Below, one piece after another: positions 17,820-31,559 of a DNA stretch of 64,000 nucleotides. The position numbers and the translations under genes are program-made. The notes beneath the pieces are model-generated. The model was not told where the DNA came from. It searched no databases and was given only the letters and a program-made list of their open reading frames with translations. The DNA lies in assembly GCA_031835245.2 (NCBI GenBank), contig JAVKOQ020000006.1, forward strand, positions 62,001-126,000, given 5' to 3'. This stretch comes from Balamuthia mandrillaris (taxonomy: Eukaryota). How positions within the stretch are numbered: the stretch's first letter is position 1; each line of letters starts with the position of its first letter.

Positions 17820-19016
17820 ATGGGGAAGGAGATGTCCAAGGAGATAAAGTCGAACCTGGAGGTCGTCCAGGCCAACAGCGTACAGATCAGCGAGAAGGAC
17901 TTGTTGAAGCTGCAGAAACGGATCACAGCGGAATATCCTTTCATTTCTAATGTTTATGAGTCAATGGTCGGTTGTTGTTCTGCTTCTTCTTTGCCTTTCG
18001 TCGTCTTCCTCTTGTTGCCGTTTTGCTGTTGTTTCCACTGTTCTCCCTCTCTGACAGTGCCTTTATCTTCATGCAATAAGGTGGTAACGGACGTGGAGCT
18101 TCCGGATAACCCCATTGTGTTCGCCAACGATAACTTTCAGCGGATGACGCTGTACCCGAGGGAAGAGATCATCGGCAGGAACTGTCGCTTCCTTCAGGGC
18201 AAACACTCCAACAAAGAGACCGTACGAAAGATACGGGAGGCCATTGTGAACGGAGAGAAGCTGGTAATGCCTTTAACTTGTTTTTTTGTTCCTGGTTTGC
18301 TTGCTCGCGTTACTCAACCGGGTCTCGTAAAAGGAGGTGGAGCTGTTGAACTATCGGAAAGATGGAGTGCCCTTTTGGAACAACTTTGTGTTGCTGCCGG
18401 TGCACAGGAAGAAGCAGAGCAAAGGCAAGAAGGGCGGCAAGGTCACCCACTTCATCGCCATCCAGAAGGACGTCACCGTGCTGAAGCAGGCCAAGCACCC
18501 CAACCCCAAGCGATGGAGCTGCCACGAGCTCTCCCTCTTCCTCTCCTACTGCAACCTAGGCCATTACATGGACTGGGCTGTGGAGCATAACGTCTCCGGG
18601 CAGTCCTTCCGGGCCATGACGGAGGAGCAGCTGAGCCGACTCGGGGTGCACTCTGCCAAGGACCGGCTTGCTCTGTTGGATACCGCCCATCTCCTCAAGC
18701 GTATTTCTTGCCTGCTGCTTCTCCTTTTCCATTGTTCCTATGCTTATTCTCTTCTTGATGTTCAGGAGACCCAAAAGCGGCATGTAAGGTCCTCTACCAA
18801 GAAAAGGACGAGCTGGCCTCCCTTCTGGATGACGGCTTCAGCTCCTCCTCCGGCAACAGCGAGGCCGCTCAGCCTGAGTACCCCGACGAGGCCGGGCTGG
18901 ATTACTCCGAGCCCATGGAAGAGGAGGTTGACCTTATCCACCCAAGAAACCTGAAGTTCTGGAAAGATCAACCGAGTACGTTATCGCCTCTCTTCTTCAT
19001 CCTCTTCCTCTTCCTT

Positions 19017-19075
<59 letters not shown>

Positions 19076-19390
19076 TCTCACTGTTCCATTCGAACAGCGT
19101 TCGCGGTGACATGCGTGAAGTTCATCCGCGGGAGGGACATCCAAATACTGAACCTCCCCGCGGAGGTGTCCTTGGAGGAGGTGCAAAGGCGAGCCGCCGA
19201 CTTTGCGACGAAGGCCAAAGAGCCCCGGTCCTCCTCTTCCTCCTCCGGGTTCTTGCCGCCGAGCCTCACCTACGAAGACCCCCACGAGGGCGACGACGGG
19301 AGGAGGCGGGAGGAGCTCACCTCGGAGGCCCAGTTCCAGGAGGCAAAGCGCGCCTACCACGGTCGCACGCTCAACCTCTGGCTCAACTAG
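17820..19390 (+). CDS. LOV-domain blue-light photoreceptor with SAM and PB1 domains, 5 exons, about 399 aa
   Basis: Exons 17820-17966, 18081-18263, 18334-18700, 18766-18975 and 19098-19390 join in frame. LOV: DNPIVFAN...GRNCRFLQG...NYRKDG.PFWN...FIAIQKDVT. SAM: WSCHELSLFL...HNVSGQSF...LSRLGV...DRLALL. PB1-like: VKF...DIQIL...VSLEEV...LTYED...GD...LTSEAQFQEA...LNLWL. Confidence 0.88.
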
Positions 19391-19559
19391 GCCCTATTGT
19401 GCGTGTGTGTGTGTGTGCGTGTGTGTGTGTGTTCCTCCAGAAAGAGCTCTTTCTTCTTCTTCTGTCCCTCTTCTTCTTCTCCTCTTCTTCTTGTGAAATA
19501 AAATTATTTGTTCCATTCAAACAAAAAGAGAAGAGAAGAGAGCAGTGAAGGCCATCCTT

Positions 19560-19598
<39 letters not shown>

Positions 19599-19599
19599 G

Positions 19600-22256
19600 A
19601 TGGAAGATGAAAAGCAAAGACTTCTTTCTTTTACTGAGGAGGAGGAGGAATCTGAAAGCAATAACGAAGGACGGGAAGAAGAAGAGGAGGATGCTGCTGA
19701 TGACGGACACAACAACAGCTACGACGAGGATGGGGAGGAAAACGGGAACGGGAACATGGACACGGAGATGTATGTTCCTGCACGCCGCAAGAGGCCTGCT
19801 TCCTCCTCACGGCACAAGCCCTACCAATCCTTCTCGCACCGCCCCTCCGCGGAGCAAGGCGGACACCACGACCTCATCCATAGGTCGCACAACAAGAGGA
19901 ACAAGGGCTGGTGTGAGCGACTGCTTGGGGGAGGAAGGCGGAGAAGACAGCAAAGCAAAAGGGGCAAAGAGGTGCAGTGTCGCCTCATTGACAGGGCAAA
20001 GCCTTACAAGTACAACGTTCGACGGCATGGGCTCAAGTATGGTGCTTTGATCATGGGTATAAAAGTTTCCCCTTCCCCTTCCGCTTCTCGTCTCTCTCTC
20101 TCTCAATCATTGGAAGAGAAAGATATTTTTTAATCTCAACGCTACAAAAGGCGACTTGTACCACACACTCCTGGACTACACCTGGTGGAAGCTGCTGTTG
20201 GGCTATGCTTTCACCTTCTTTTGCGTGCATCTCTGCTTTGCTACTCTCTACAATTTTGGTTGGTCTCCCTTCCCTCTCCTTCTTCTTGTTCTTGTTCTTG
20301 TTCTTGTTCTTGTTCTTGTTCTTCTTCTTGTTCTTCTTCTTCTTCTTCTTCTTCTTCTTCTTCTTCTTCTTGTTCTTCTTCTTCTTCTTCTTCTTCTTCT
20401 TCTTCGTTCTTCGTTCTTCGTTCTTCTTCTTCTTCGTTCTTCGTTCTTCTTCTTCTTCTTCTTCTTCTTTCTTCTTTCTTCTTCTTCTTCGTTCTTCTTC
20501 TTTCTTCTTTCTTCTTTCTTCTTCTTCTTCTTCTTCTTCTTCTTCTTCTTCTTCTTCTTCTTCTTCTTCTTCTTCTTCTTCTTCTTCTTCTTCTTCTTCT
20601 TCTTCTTCTTCTTCTTCTTCTTCTTCTTCTTCTTCTTCTTCTTCTTCTTCTTCTTCTTCGTTCTTCTTTCTTCTTTCTTCTTCTTCGTTCTTCGTTCTTC
20701 TTCTTCTTCTTCTTGTTCTTCTTCTTCTTCTTGTTCTTCTTCTTCTTCTTCTTGTTCTTCTTCTTGTTCTTCTTCTTCTTCTTCTTCTTCTTCTTCTTCT
20801 TCTCTCTTCCGCTTTTATCCTGTTAACAACGTTGACTTTGCGCATCTCTTACCGCTTCCGGCTCGTTCGTGCCACAACTTTCTGAAGACAAGAATGGGCT
20901 CGGTGGCATTCAACCAGGAGAGCACCGTATAGAGGTGACGTTTTGGGATTGCTTCTTTTTCTCCATTCAAACGATGAGCACCATAGGTAAGCTCGCTGCT
21001 GTTTTTCCTCTGCTATTCCAATCCGGCCGGCTCTGACTTGTTTTATCGAACGTTTAAAAAAAAGGATATGGCAAGCTGAGTCCGCATTCAAACTATACCA
21101 ATGCTATCGTCTGCATCCAAGCCTTCTTTGGCATTCTGTTTGTTGCTATTACCACCGGTTCCTTCCTCTTCTTTCGTTGATTCTTTCTATTTGTTTCTTT
21201 TTTCCTTTTATCTTTTATTTCATTGTTTTGCATGCCCTTTTTGCATGGGACTGAACATCTTATCTGTGCGTGGTTTCCTTCTATCAGGCTTTGTTTTTGC
21301 CAAGATTTCGCGTGCCTCTCGCCAGAAACGGTATATCCTCTTCTCGGACGTGGCAGTGGTTAACTGTGTGGAGCAATACTACGAGGGCAGCCCTGATTGC
21401 CTGGATGAAGGAGGCTACACCACTGGCGGCTGTCCCTGTCTGGTCATACGTCTGGCCAACATTCGAAAGTCTCAGCTTTGTGAGACGCAGCTTCGGCTGT
21501 TGCTGGTCAGGAAGGAAAGGAATTCGCTCTATGCTCGGAGGCGGGCCACCAGTTCCTTGTTGAGGCACAACCCCAACATGCATTCTGAGGAGTTAGATAT
21601 TTATGAGGAAGAAGGAGATTACATGGACATAATGGAGTACGTTTGGTGTTACTATGCGTGTTCTTTCTTCAGTTACTCACTGTTTTATTTTATACACATC
21701 ATTGCAACAGAGAGCAATCAGACGAAATGATTTTCAGAATTCATGAGCTTAACTTTGAGCTGAATAATCAAGTAGGAAGGGTCCGTTCCACTGACATGTC
21801 AACGCCGTTGCTGCCTTTGCCATGGACCATTATCCACGCCATGGATAAGCGTAGTCCACTTTATGGATACACACCAGAGCTGATGAGGGAGTCCAACTGC
21901 GAGATCATTGCTGTCCTTGATGGAATCGACGAGGCGTGCTCTGAAAACTTGCAGGCTCGGTACCTCGTCACCTTTCATTTCCTCCTTAGTTTCCTCTCCT
22001 CCCCTTCCCTCTTCTTCTCTCTCTGTTTTGTCTCTTCCTCATTACCAATGAAAATGAAAGGTGGAGCTACACATGGAAGGAAATAATTTGGAATGCTCGG
22101 TTCGTGCCGGTTGTGCGTCAGAATGCAAGGAAGGGCTGCTATGAAATCGACTTTGGTCGTTTCCACGAGTTTGTGCCTTGTGCTTCGCCCTCTTCCGCCT
22201 CCAGCACCGCCTCTACTCCCTCTTCTAGCAGACAAACCAGCATGCGTTGGGAATAA
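19600..22256 (+). CDS. Inward-rectifier K+ channel (Kir/KirBac-like), multi-exon
   Basis: Slide helix/M1 DLYHTLLDYTWWKLL, filter FFFSIQTMSTI|GYG, M2 AITT|GFVFAKISR, ILFSDVAVV, CLVIRLANIRKSQL, PWTIIHAMDKRSPLYG, EIIAVLDGIDE, QAR|WSYTWKEIIWNARFVPVV...IDFGRFHEF. Confidence 0.9.
20278..20805. repeat. (CTT)n / (CTTGTT)n microsatellite in a Kir intron
   Basis: About 520 bp of imperfect CTT trinucleotide repeat. Confidence 0.95.
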
Positions 22257-22478
22257 TAAAGAGAGAAGAGTAAACGAAAGCATTGTTTAAAAGCACCAAA
22301 TGGAACCAATGGGTTAACTGTTTAAGTAGGAGGGCCTAAGTGCAAATACTATATAAATGAAGCAAAGGGTAGGAAAGTAAGGGTAAAAGGGCTGGATTGT
22401 ATTACAAAAGGCAAATAAAATATGAGGTGTGTTTTTTGAGAAAAGTTGTGTGTTCTCTGCTTAAAGCATAGAGCATGA

Positions 22479-24453
22479 TCACCAATAATCCCCACAAGAG
22501 CAGCGCCCATCAGGAGAGAAGTGATGAAAGCGACTGCCATCCCTCACCAGGATCTCCCGCTGAGTGACCTTGGCAATGAACTTGGTGGCTGTATGGCAGT
22601 CCCCACACACCCTCAGGTTCTTCATGATCTGCAAGGCCTGTCCTGGTGGCGTGCTCAGCAGCCCAAAGGCAATGGCCAGCTTCTCGCTGTGATAGCACAA
22701 TTCTTCCTCCTTCTGCTCGTCCTCCACATCATGCAGCACCCACTCCGTGGCTGGCTGGTATCCCGCTGCCTTCATCTGCTGGATCAGCTGGTCCAGGTGG
22801 TGGAAGATCTCTGTGCTGCGAGGATGGCTGCGGTCCTTCACCACGAAGCTGTGCACCTCCCCATCCACCGTGATCCAGCTCCTCCCTGCCTCTTTCTTCA
22901 CCTTCCGCTCCTTCATCTCCTTCCGCACCTTCTCCACCTCTTCCCATCGCCCTGCTGCTGCCAAGATGTTGGACAGCACCACAAAGGAGGATGCATCCTT
23001 TGGATTCAATGCAATGGCTCGCTCTGCTGCTCTTTTGGCCCGCTCCACGTCTTTGGCCCCTCGGCAGGCGCCCAACAAGGTCCTCCATGTCACAGCATCA
23101 GGAGGGACCTCCATGGTGTGGATCAAGGCTTCTGCCTCCTCCAGTCTTCCTGCCCGCCCCAACAGGTCCACCATGCAAGTGAAATGCTCCGTGGTGGGCT
23201 GGATGTTGTGCTTCTCCTTCATGGCAGCAAAGCAGGCCAAGCCTTCCTCCACCAGCCCTGCATGGCTGCATGCGTTCAGCACGTTGATGAAGGTGATGGC
23301 GTCTGGTTGCACGCCTTGTTCTTCCATCTCCTGCAGGGCGGCCAGTGCTGCTTTGCCTCGGCCATGCAGCCCATGCATGGCGATCATTGCATTCCACGTG
23401 ATCACGTCTCGTTCCTGCATTTGCTGGAAGACCTTGCATGCTTCCTCCAGCTCTCCACACTTGCCGTACATGTCGATGAGGGCATTTGAAGACATAACAT
23501 TGGGAAGCAAGCCCTTGCGCAGCAGCTCTGCATGCACACGTTTGCCTGTCTTCAAGTCTGCTGTGCTGGCGCAAGCCTTCAGCACAGCAGCGAAGGTGAA
23601 GGCGTTTGCTGCCACCCCGGTTTGCTCCATCTCTTGGAACAGCTGCAAGGCCTCCTCGCCGTGGCCGCTTTGGGTGGCTGCTGCAATCATGGAGGTCCAG
23701 GTCACCACGTCCCGTTCCTTCATCCCTTGGAACACTGCACGTGCCTTCTTCATTTTCCTGCAAGTGCCATACATGTTGATGAGGGCAGTGGAAAGGACAT
23801 GGTTTGCTTGCAAGCCCCTCCGCAGCACCTCAGCATGCACACGTTTGCCTGTCTTCAAGTCTGCTGTGCTGGCACAGGCCTTGAGAACAATGGAGAAGGT
23901 GAAGGCGTCTGCTGCCATGCCGGCCTGCTGCATCTCTTGGAACAGCTGCAAGGCCTCTTTCCCATCCCCACATTGTGTGCACGCTTGCATCATGGCATTC
24001 CATATCACCGCTCCGCCTTTCTCCCCCTTGCTTCGCTCTTGTTGCTGTTGCTCTTCTTGTTGTTGCTGCTGCTTGTGGTGGTGGTGATGGAAGACTTCAC
24101 GGGCCAGGTCCAACCGACCACATGCCCCATACGCAGTGATCAGCGAGGCCGCCAGGCGGGAAAACACCTCCTGGTCAGAAGAAGAGAGATGGAGGAGGTG
24201 GGCGTGCACCCTCTGGCTGGCCTGGAGGTTCCTCTCCTGCTTGCACCGTTTCAACAGGGCCAAGAGGGCCTTCTCCTCCCCTCTCTCCCCTCCCCTTTCC
24301 ATCTCCTCCAACACTTTCTTCACCGCTCCTGCTTCCAGGCGGCCTCCTCCTCCTCCTCGTGCCAGCGCTTGCAGTTGCTCTTGTCCGGCATGCCTCCCGA
24401 CCTCCCTCCTCCTCCTGCTGGTCTCCTTACTTTCTGTCCTGCCTGCTACTCTC

Positions 24454-24496
<43 letters not shown>

Positions 24497-24805
24497 GCCG
24501 GTGGTGCTCTCCTGGGTTCCTCCGTTTGTCCTCCGCTCTGCCTTCCGCTGCTTTGGCTGTGGTCAGAGAGTGAAGCGGAAGAAGAAGAAGAAGAAGAAAG
24601 AAGATAGAAGAAAAAGAGGGACACAAAAAGAGCAAGGAAGCGTTTGAAAGAAACAAAGCAACGAACCAGGACAGAGGACAGAGGGGTGGAAGCGGCGGAC
24701 CGGAGGGACAGGAGGAGAAGAGAGGGGGAAGCGCAGGGAAGCAGGGAGGGGGAAGGGTCCCCTCTGCACGCCCCTGGCCATCACCCTTCCTCCACGTCGC
24801 CACAT
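22479..24805 (-). CDS. PLS-class PPR protein with E1/E2/DYW deaminase domain (copy A), 2 exons
   Basis: Exon 1 (24805-24667) is an Arg-rich, acid-free presequence-like MWRRGGRVMARGVQRGPFPLPASLRF. Intron 24666-24557. Three P-L-S triplets, AGRSWI box, HSEKLA, KNLRVCGDCH, RFHHF...CSCGDYW*. Confidence 0.95.
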
Positions 24806-25081
24806 CTTTGCTTTTTCTTTGCTTTGTTTAAAATATAAATTAAAACTATTTTGTGGCCAACACCGAAGTTGAAGAGGGGAGCAAGCACTTCCCAAGGGAC
24901 ACAAGGCTCTTCACTCCCTAGGGGGAAGCCTCTATGAATAGCATATCATCTCCTCCCTAGCTCCTAGGCACCAAGAAGGACCCTCCCATCTTTTTTTTTT
25001 TTTTTGCCACCACAAAGGGCGAGCTCCTGCTCTCCCCAACGTTACCGAGTATAAAATAGATAGGGAAACGGGTGGTTTTGT

Positions 25082-27590
<2,509 letters not shown>

Positions 27591-27730
27591 TCACAAAATA
27601 CTCCTCAAACATTTCTTCATGACGACATGGATGATGCCCTCTCCATGTCGACAAATAGCAGTTACACTATCTCTCTGTCTCTTTCTCTCTCTCATTCTCT
27701 CTGTCTCTCTGTGTCTCTCTGTGTCTCTCT

Positions 27731-27778
<48 letters not shown>

Positions 27779-27854
27779 TTCGTTTTGCTCCTCATTCCGT
27801 CTCTCTATGACTCTTCCTCCGTGAAAACAAATGCTCTTTTCTTCCAGGCTCTTT

Positions 27855-30800
27855 TTAATTGGATTTATAAAAGTCGGGAAAGAAGTAACCACCCTCCAAG
27901 ACAACAGCACGAAAAGCAGCCAAATGAAAGCCCTTCGTAGCCAGCCAAACGTGCTGCCGACCAGCGCTTCGGTCGTTCTCCCAATCCAAACTTTGAAGCA
28001 GCACTCCATAGCCCTCTTGCAGTTTGTCTCGATGTGGCACTTGAAAGCGTAACGGAATGCGCATTGGTTCTGTGGCAAACCAACAAAGGTTTTTTTGTTT
28101 GTTGTTGTTGGTCTGTTTGTTTGTCTTGTTCTTCTTGTCGTGGTTGGTTTCGTTGAAGGAAAGAATGTGTTGCGCCAAGTAATGAAAGGCGAGATGTTGA
28201 CGAAGTTCTTCAGAGGAAAGTGTGTCAAGAGCGTCTTTGTATTGCCGTTGTTTCTTTTGCTGGAGATCTGCTGTTGCTCGTGCACTCCTTAGTGATGGCG
28301 GACAAAGGTTGCGGTTTCTCTTTGTTGTGGTTCTTTGCTGTTTTTGTGGTCTTGGCGGCAATGGCTCGAACAATTGTCGTAGACGTTTTCTCTTTGTACG
28401 TCGTTCTTCTCCTTGTGCTTCTTGAACTTCTTCTTGTTCGTTTTGCCCCACTTTCTCATGCTCTATTGATTTTTCTTGTTCTTTCTCTGGTGCTGCTGCC
28501 TTTGCTCCTCCTTCTACTCCCTCTTCTGCATCTGCAGCTCCCGCGTCCACTTCTTCTGTTTTCGTTTCCATTTCTCTTTCCTCCGCGGTAGCTGCAACCA
28601 GATTGTCCTCATCCAATGCTTCGCTGGTACCACTGTTTCTATGAAACATAGAAGTACCAACTTTGAACAGCAAGTTAATCTTACATAAACAAAGAAGCAG
28701 AGTCACTCACGTGCAGAAAACCGCTGTTCAACAGATGATTCAATTGGAAGTTGAGGAGGGCATTCCCAATCGGAGGAGACGCCATCCAATTTGGTTCGCA
28801 TGCAACGCGTCAGGCCAAATACAAAGTATCCAAAGCCGACTTCGTTGATGTTATATAGGATCTCCGTCACACCAAAAAGGCCGTGATACTTGTAGCTCGG
28901 TTGAGCTCGTCGCAATGATGGCGAAGAAGAATCAAGAGGAGCAACGAATCCAGCAGTAGTAGAAATAGCAGAAGGACAGGAGGAGGCTGAAGAATGAGGA
29001 GTAGAAGAAGAAGCTCCCCACGATTGCGTCAAAAGCTTCGATTGCTCCATCCTCTTTGGCAGGCTTTCAACAACACGAATGGGTTGCTTCTCATGGTATG
29101 CTCGCAACATAGCAAGATTGCCTCGAGTCATGGTTTGGTTTCTTTCCGGAGAGCCTTCTCCTACGTAATACACTTTCTCCCAACAATCGCAACCATCCAC
29201 CAACACTACTCTGTTGCCTCTATTTGCTGTGGAGCTTAGTTTGATGGATTCCATGGTTGTTGTTCTGGCCGCTTTGCCCTTCTTTTTGCCGTTGCGGGCT
29301 AAGGAAAGACTAGTGTACGAGATACCTTGCCTGTAATTACGATGGAGAGAAGAGGACCAAAGGGTACCAGCGCCTTGCACGATACTTCCAGGTTTAATGT
29401 TGGGCAACTCTCCATAGAATGGTTTGGGAGAGAAGCAGTAAACAGGGATGTCGTTCTCTTTGGCGGGAGAAAATGGGAGTGATGGAGAAGATGGTGTAGA
29501 AGAAGAAGAACATGCAAATGGCGGTGCTGAGGAATGCCGTGAGGAAGATAGCTGTGATGATGAAGATAAGGATAAAAGACGAGAAGAAATAGCAGATGAA
29601 AGGTGAGTGGAAGACGAAGAACAGCCAAGGTCTTGACGCTGTACAGAGGAAGACGAAAAAGCAAGAGGCGGAAGAGGAAGAGAAAGAGAAGAGAGAGGAG
29701 GAAGAGTAAAGATAGTAGCACCAGCAGCAGTAGAGGGGCAAAGAAAGGGAGGAAGAGGAGGAAGAGGATCAAAGAGAACTTTTCTTGCGGTAAAGCTTAT
29801 TCGCAGCCCAAGCGGAGTGCTGCAGTTGGTTGACTTTGGAATGGAATGTTCCCAAAATTCTTGAGTGGCTCCACCCATGTGTAGCATGTCTCCATGATTC
29901 AACATAATCTGTGTTATTGTGACAATTGTTAAAAAAGAAAAGAAAAACAAAGCAAAGCAAAGCAATAACCAAAAACCTTAGTTGGGCGAGTGTTACGGCA
30001 CTTGTGTCGCAAACAAAAGACACGACTTTCTCCCAACGAAAGTGAAGAAATGTTGGGACGATGACCCAAACAAGGTTCATCGTCGGAGTGCCACGATATG
30101 CTGTCTGAGCCTTTTCTGTACATCGTCACTAAAAGTGAATTGTAAACCTGCTCTGCTTCATTAGCTGTTCCATGTTCTGTTAGGATTGTGCGAAAGAGAA
30201 GCAAAGGTGAAAACGCATAACAAAAAAAACGAAGAATGAAAGAATAAATGCAATACCATGGATGGAGAGGGCAAGGCCAAGGACGTTCATGATGTCACGA
30301 AATAAAGCTGTAAATGGTCTCGCCTATTGTTTGGTTAGGTTTTTTTCTTCTGAGGAGAAGAAGAACAAGAACATGAGGAGGAGGAGGAGGAGGAGGAGGA
30401 GGAGGAAGAAGAAGAAGAAGAAGAAGAAGAAGAAGAAGAAGAACAAGAAGAAGAAGAAGAAGAACAAGAAGAAGAAGAAGAACAAGAAGAAGAAGAAGAA
30501 GAAGAAGAAGAAGAAGAAGAAGAAGAAGAAGAAGAAGAAGAAGAAGAAGAAGAAGAAGAACAAGAAGAACAAGAACAAGAAGAACAAGAAGAAGAAGAAG
30601 AACAAGAAGAAGAAGAACAAGAAGAACAAGAAGAACAAGAAGTACAAGAACAAGAACAAGAAGAAGAAGAAGAAGAAGAAGAAGAAGAACAAGAAGAAGA
30701 ACAAGAAGAACAAGAAGAAGAAGGAGAAGCAGAACGAGAAGAAGAACAAGAAGAACAACAAAAACCTGTTGTGCTACATCATGATAAGAATAAGCCCTCT

Positions 30801-31320
30801 CCCCAAAGTAAACCTTCAAACGAGGTTCGTGCCAGTGAGAGCCGTAAATCAAGATCTTGTCCTGCCGCCAGAGCCCTGCCAGCTCTGCCTCCACCGCCTT
30901 CATCACCAGGTCAGCTTCCTCGTGGGTCAACAACCCTGCCCAACTTTTCACATGTGAACCCTTTTTTTGTTTGTTGGTTGAGAGGAGATATCAAAAACAT
31001 TAAACTCCTTCTGAAAACCAAAAGGATTGAAGTAAGGAGCGAACGTCGTTATCATTGATCCACGTTTTCCATTTGTTGTTGTTGACGTTTCTCCTGTTGT
31101 TGCTCGTCTCATTGGATGCGATGATGCGGGAACGGACGGCCGAGAGAGCCTCACGGGCTCTGCCCACGAGGTCTTCCCTCTCCTCTGCGGTCTGCTGCTC
31201 GCGCACCCCGTCGGCCGGGGCGGCTTCCCACCTGCTCCCTCCTCGCGGCCGTTGCCTCCTACGGCCGTCGTTTTCCTCCTCCTCCTCCTCATCGATGGCC
31301 AACTTCCTCTTCTGCGACAT
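27855..31320 (-). CDS. ALKBH2/3-type 2OG-Fe(II) dioxygenase fused to a divergent SRA/YDG domain and a C-terminal extension, multi-exon
   Basis: AlkB: EPRL...NSLLVTMYRKGSDSISWHSDDE...SLSLGESRVF...LNHGDMLHMGGATQEFWEHSIPK...RISFTAR. After a Ser-rich linker comes the SRA-like YGELPNIKPG...LHRNYRQGISY...YVGEG...NQTMTRGNLAML...PIRVV...YKYHGLFGV...FGLTR. An in-frame splice near 28710 leads into the last exon. Confidence 0.8.
30353..30762. repeat. (GAA)n/(GGA)n microsatellite in an AlkB intron
   Basis: About 400 bp trinucleotide repeat, pyrimidine-rich on the sense strand. Confidence 0.95.
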
Positions 31321-31395
31321 GACTTTCTCCTTTTGGGTTTTTACAGACTAAAAAGCTAGACAGAAAACGCCCGTCACAAAAGTGCTAAACCACGG

Positions 31396-31446
31396 ATGAC
31401 GTCATTGTGCTCCCCATAATTGGGGCGAGAAGCATGACGTCATGCT
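31396..31446. promoter_or_regulatory. Two CRE/ATF-type palindromes upstream of the AlkB-SRA gene
   Basis: ATGACGTCAT at 31396-31405 and the perfect 16-bp palindrome AGCATGACGTCATGCT at 31431-31446, 76-126 bp upstream of ATG 31320. Confidence 0.6.
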
Positions 31447-31559
31447 ACAAGATTGTTCTTTGGGTGGAGTTTATTTGCATGATTGCGTTGTTCGTGGTTC
31501 TTGGAGAGAGAGGTGTTTTGCTTTGCTTCTCTCTGGTGTAAGAGAGAGAGAAAAAAGGT

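Noticed and set aside
20051..20932. Long poly-E/K/L/S/F ORFs (also at 4062-4611, 30262-30957 and 48357-48983)
   Set aside because: These are translations of intronic microsatellites, which lack stop codons by construction.
22521..24647. Long antisense ORFs over the PPR genes, and over PRP43 at 25103-26299
   Set aside because: Shadow frames of GC-rich coding sequence with no recognisable motifs.
24563..24803. ORF-track N-terminus MATWRKGDG... for PPR copy A
   Set aside because: It reads through the intron in a different frame. Comparison with copy B supports ATG 24805 plus splicing instead.
22479..24960. PPR-DYW copies as transposon cargo or retrocopies
   Set aside because: No terminal inverted repeats, target-site duplications, poly(A) tails or transposase were seen, and the intron is retained. 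The duplication mechanism is unresolved.
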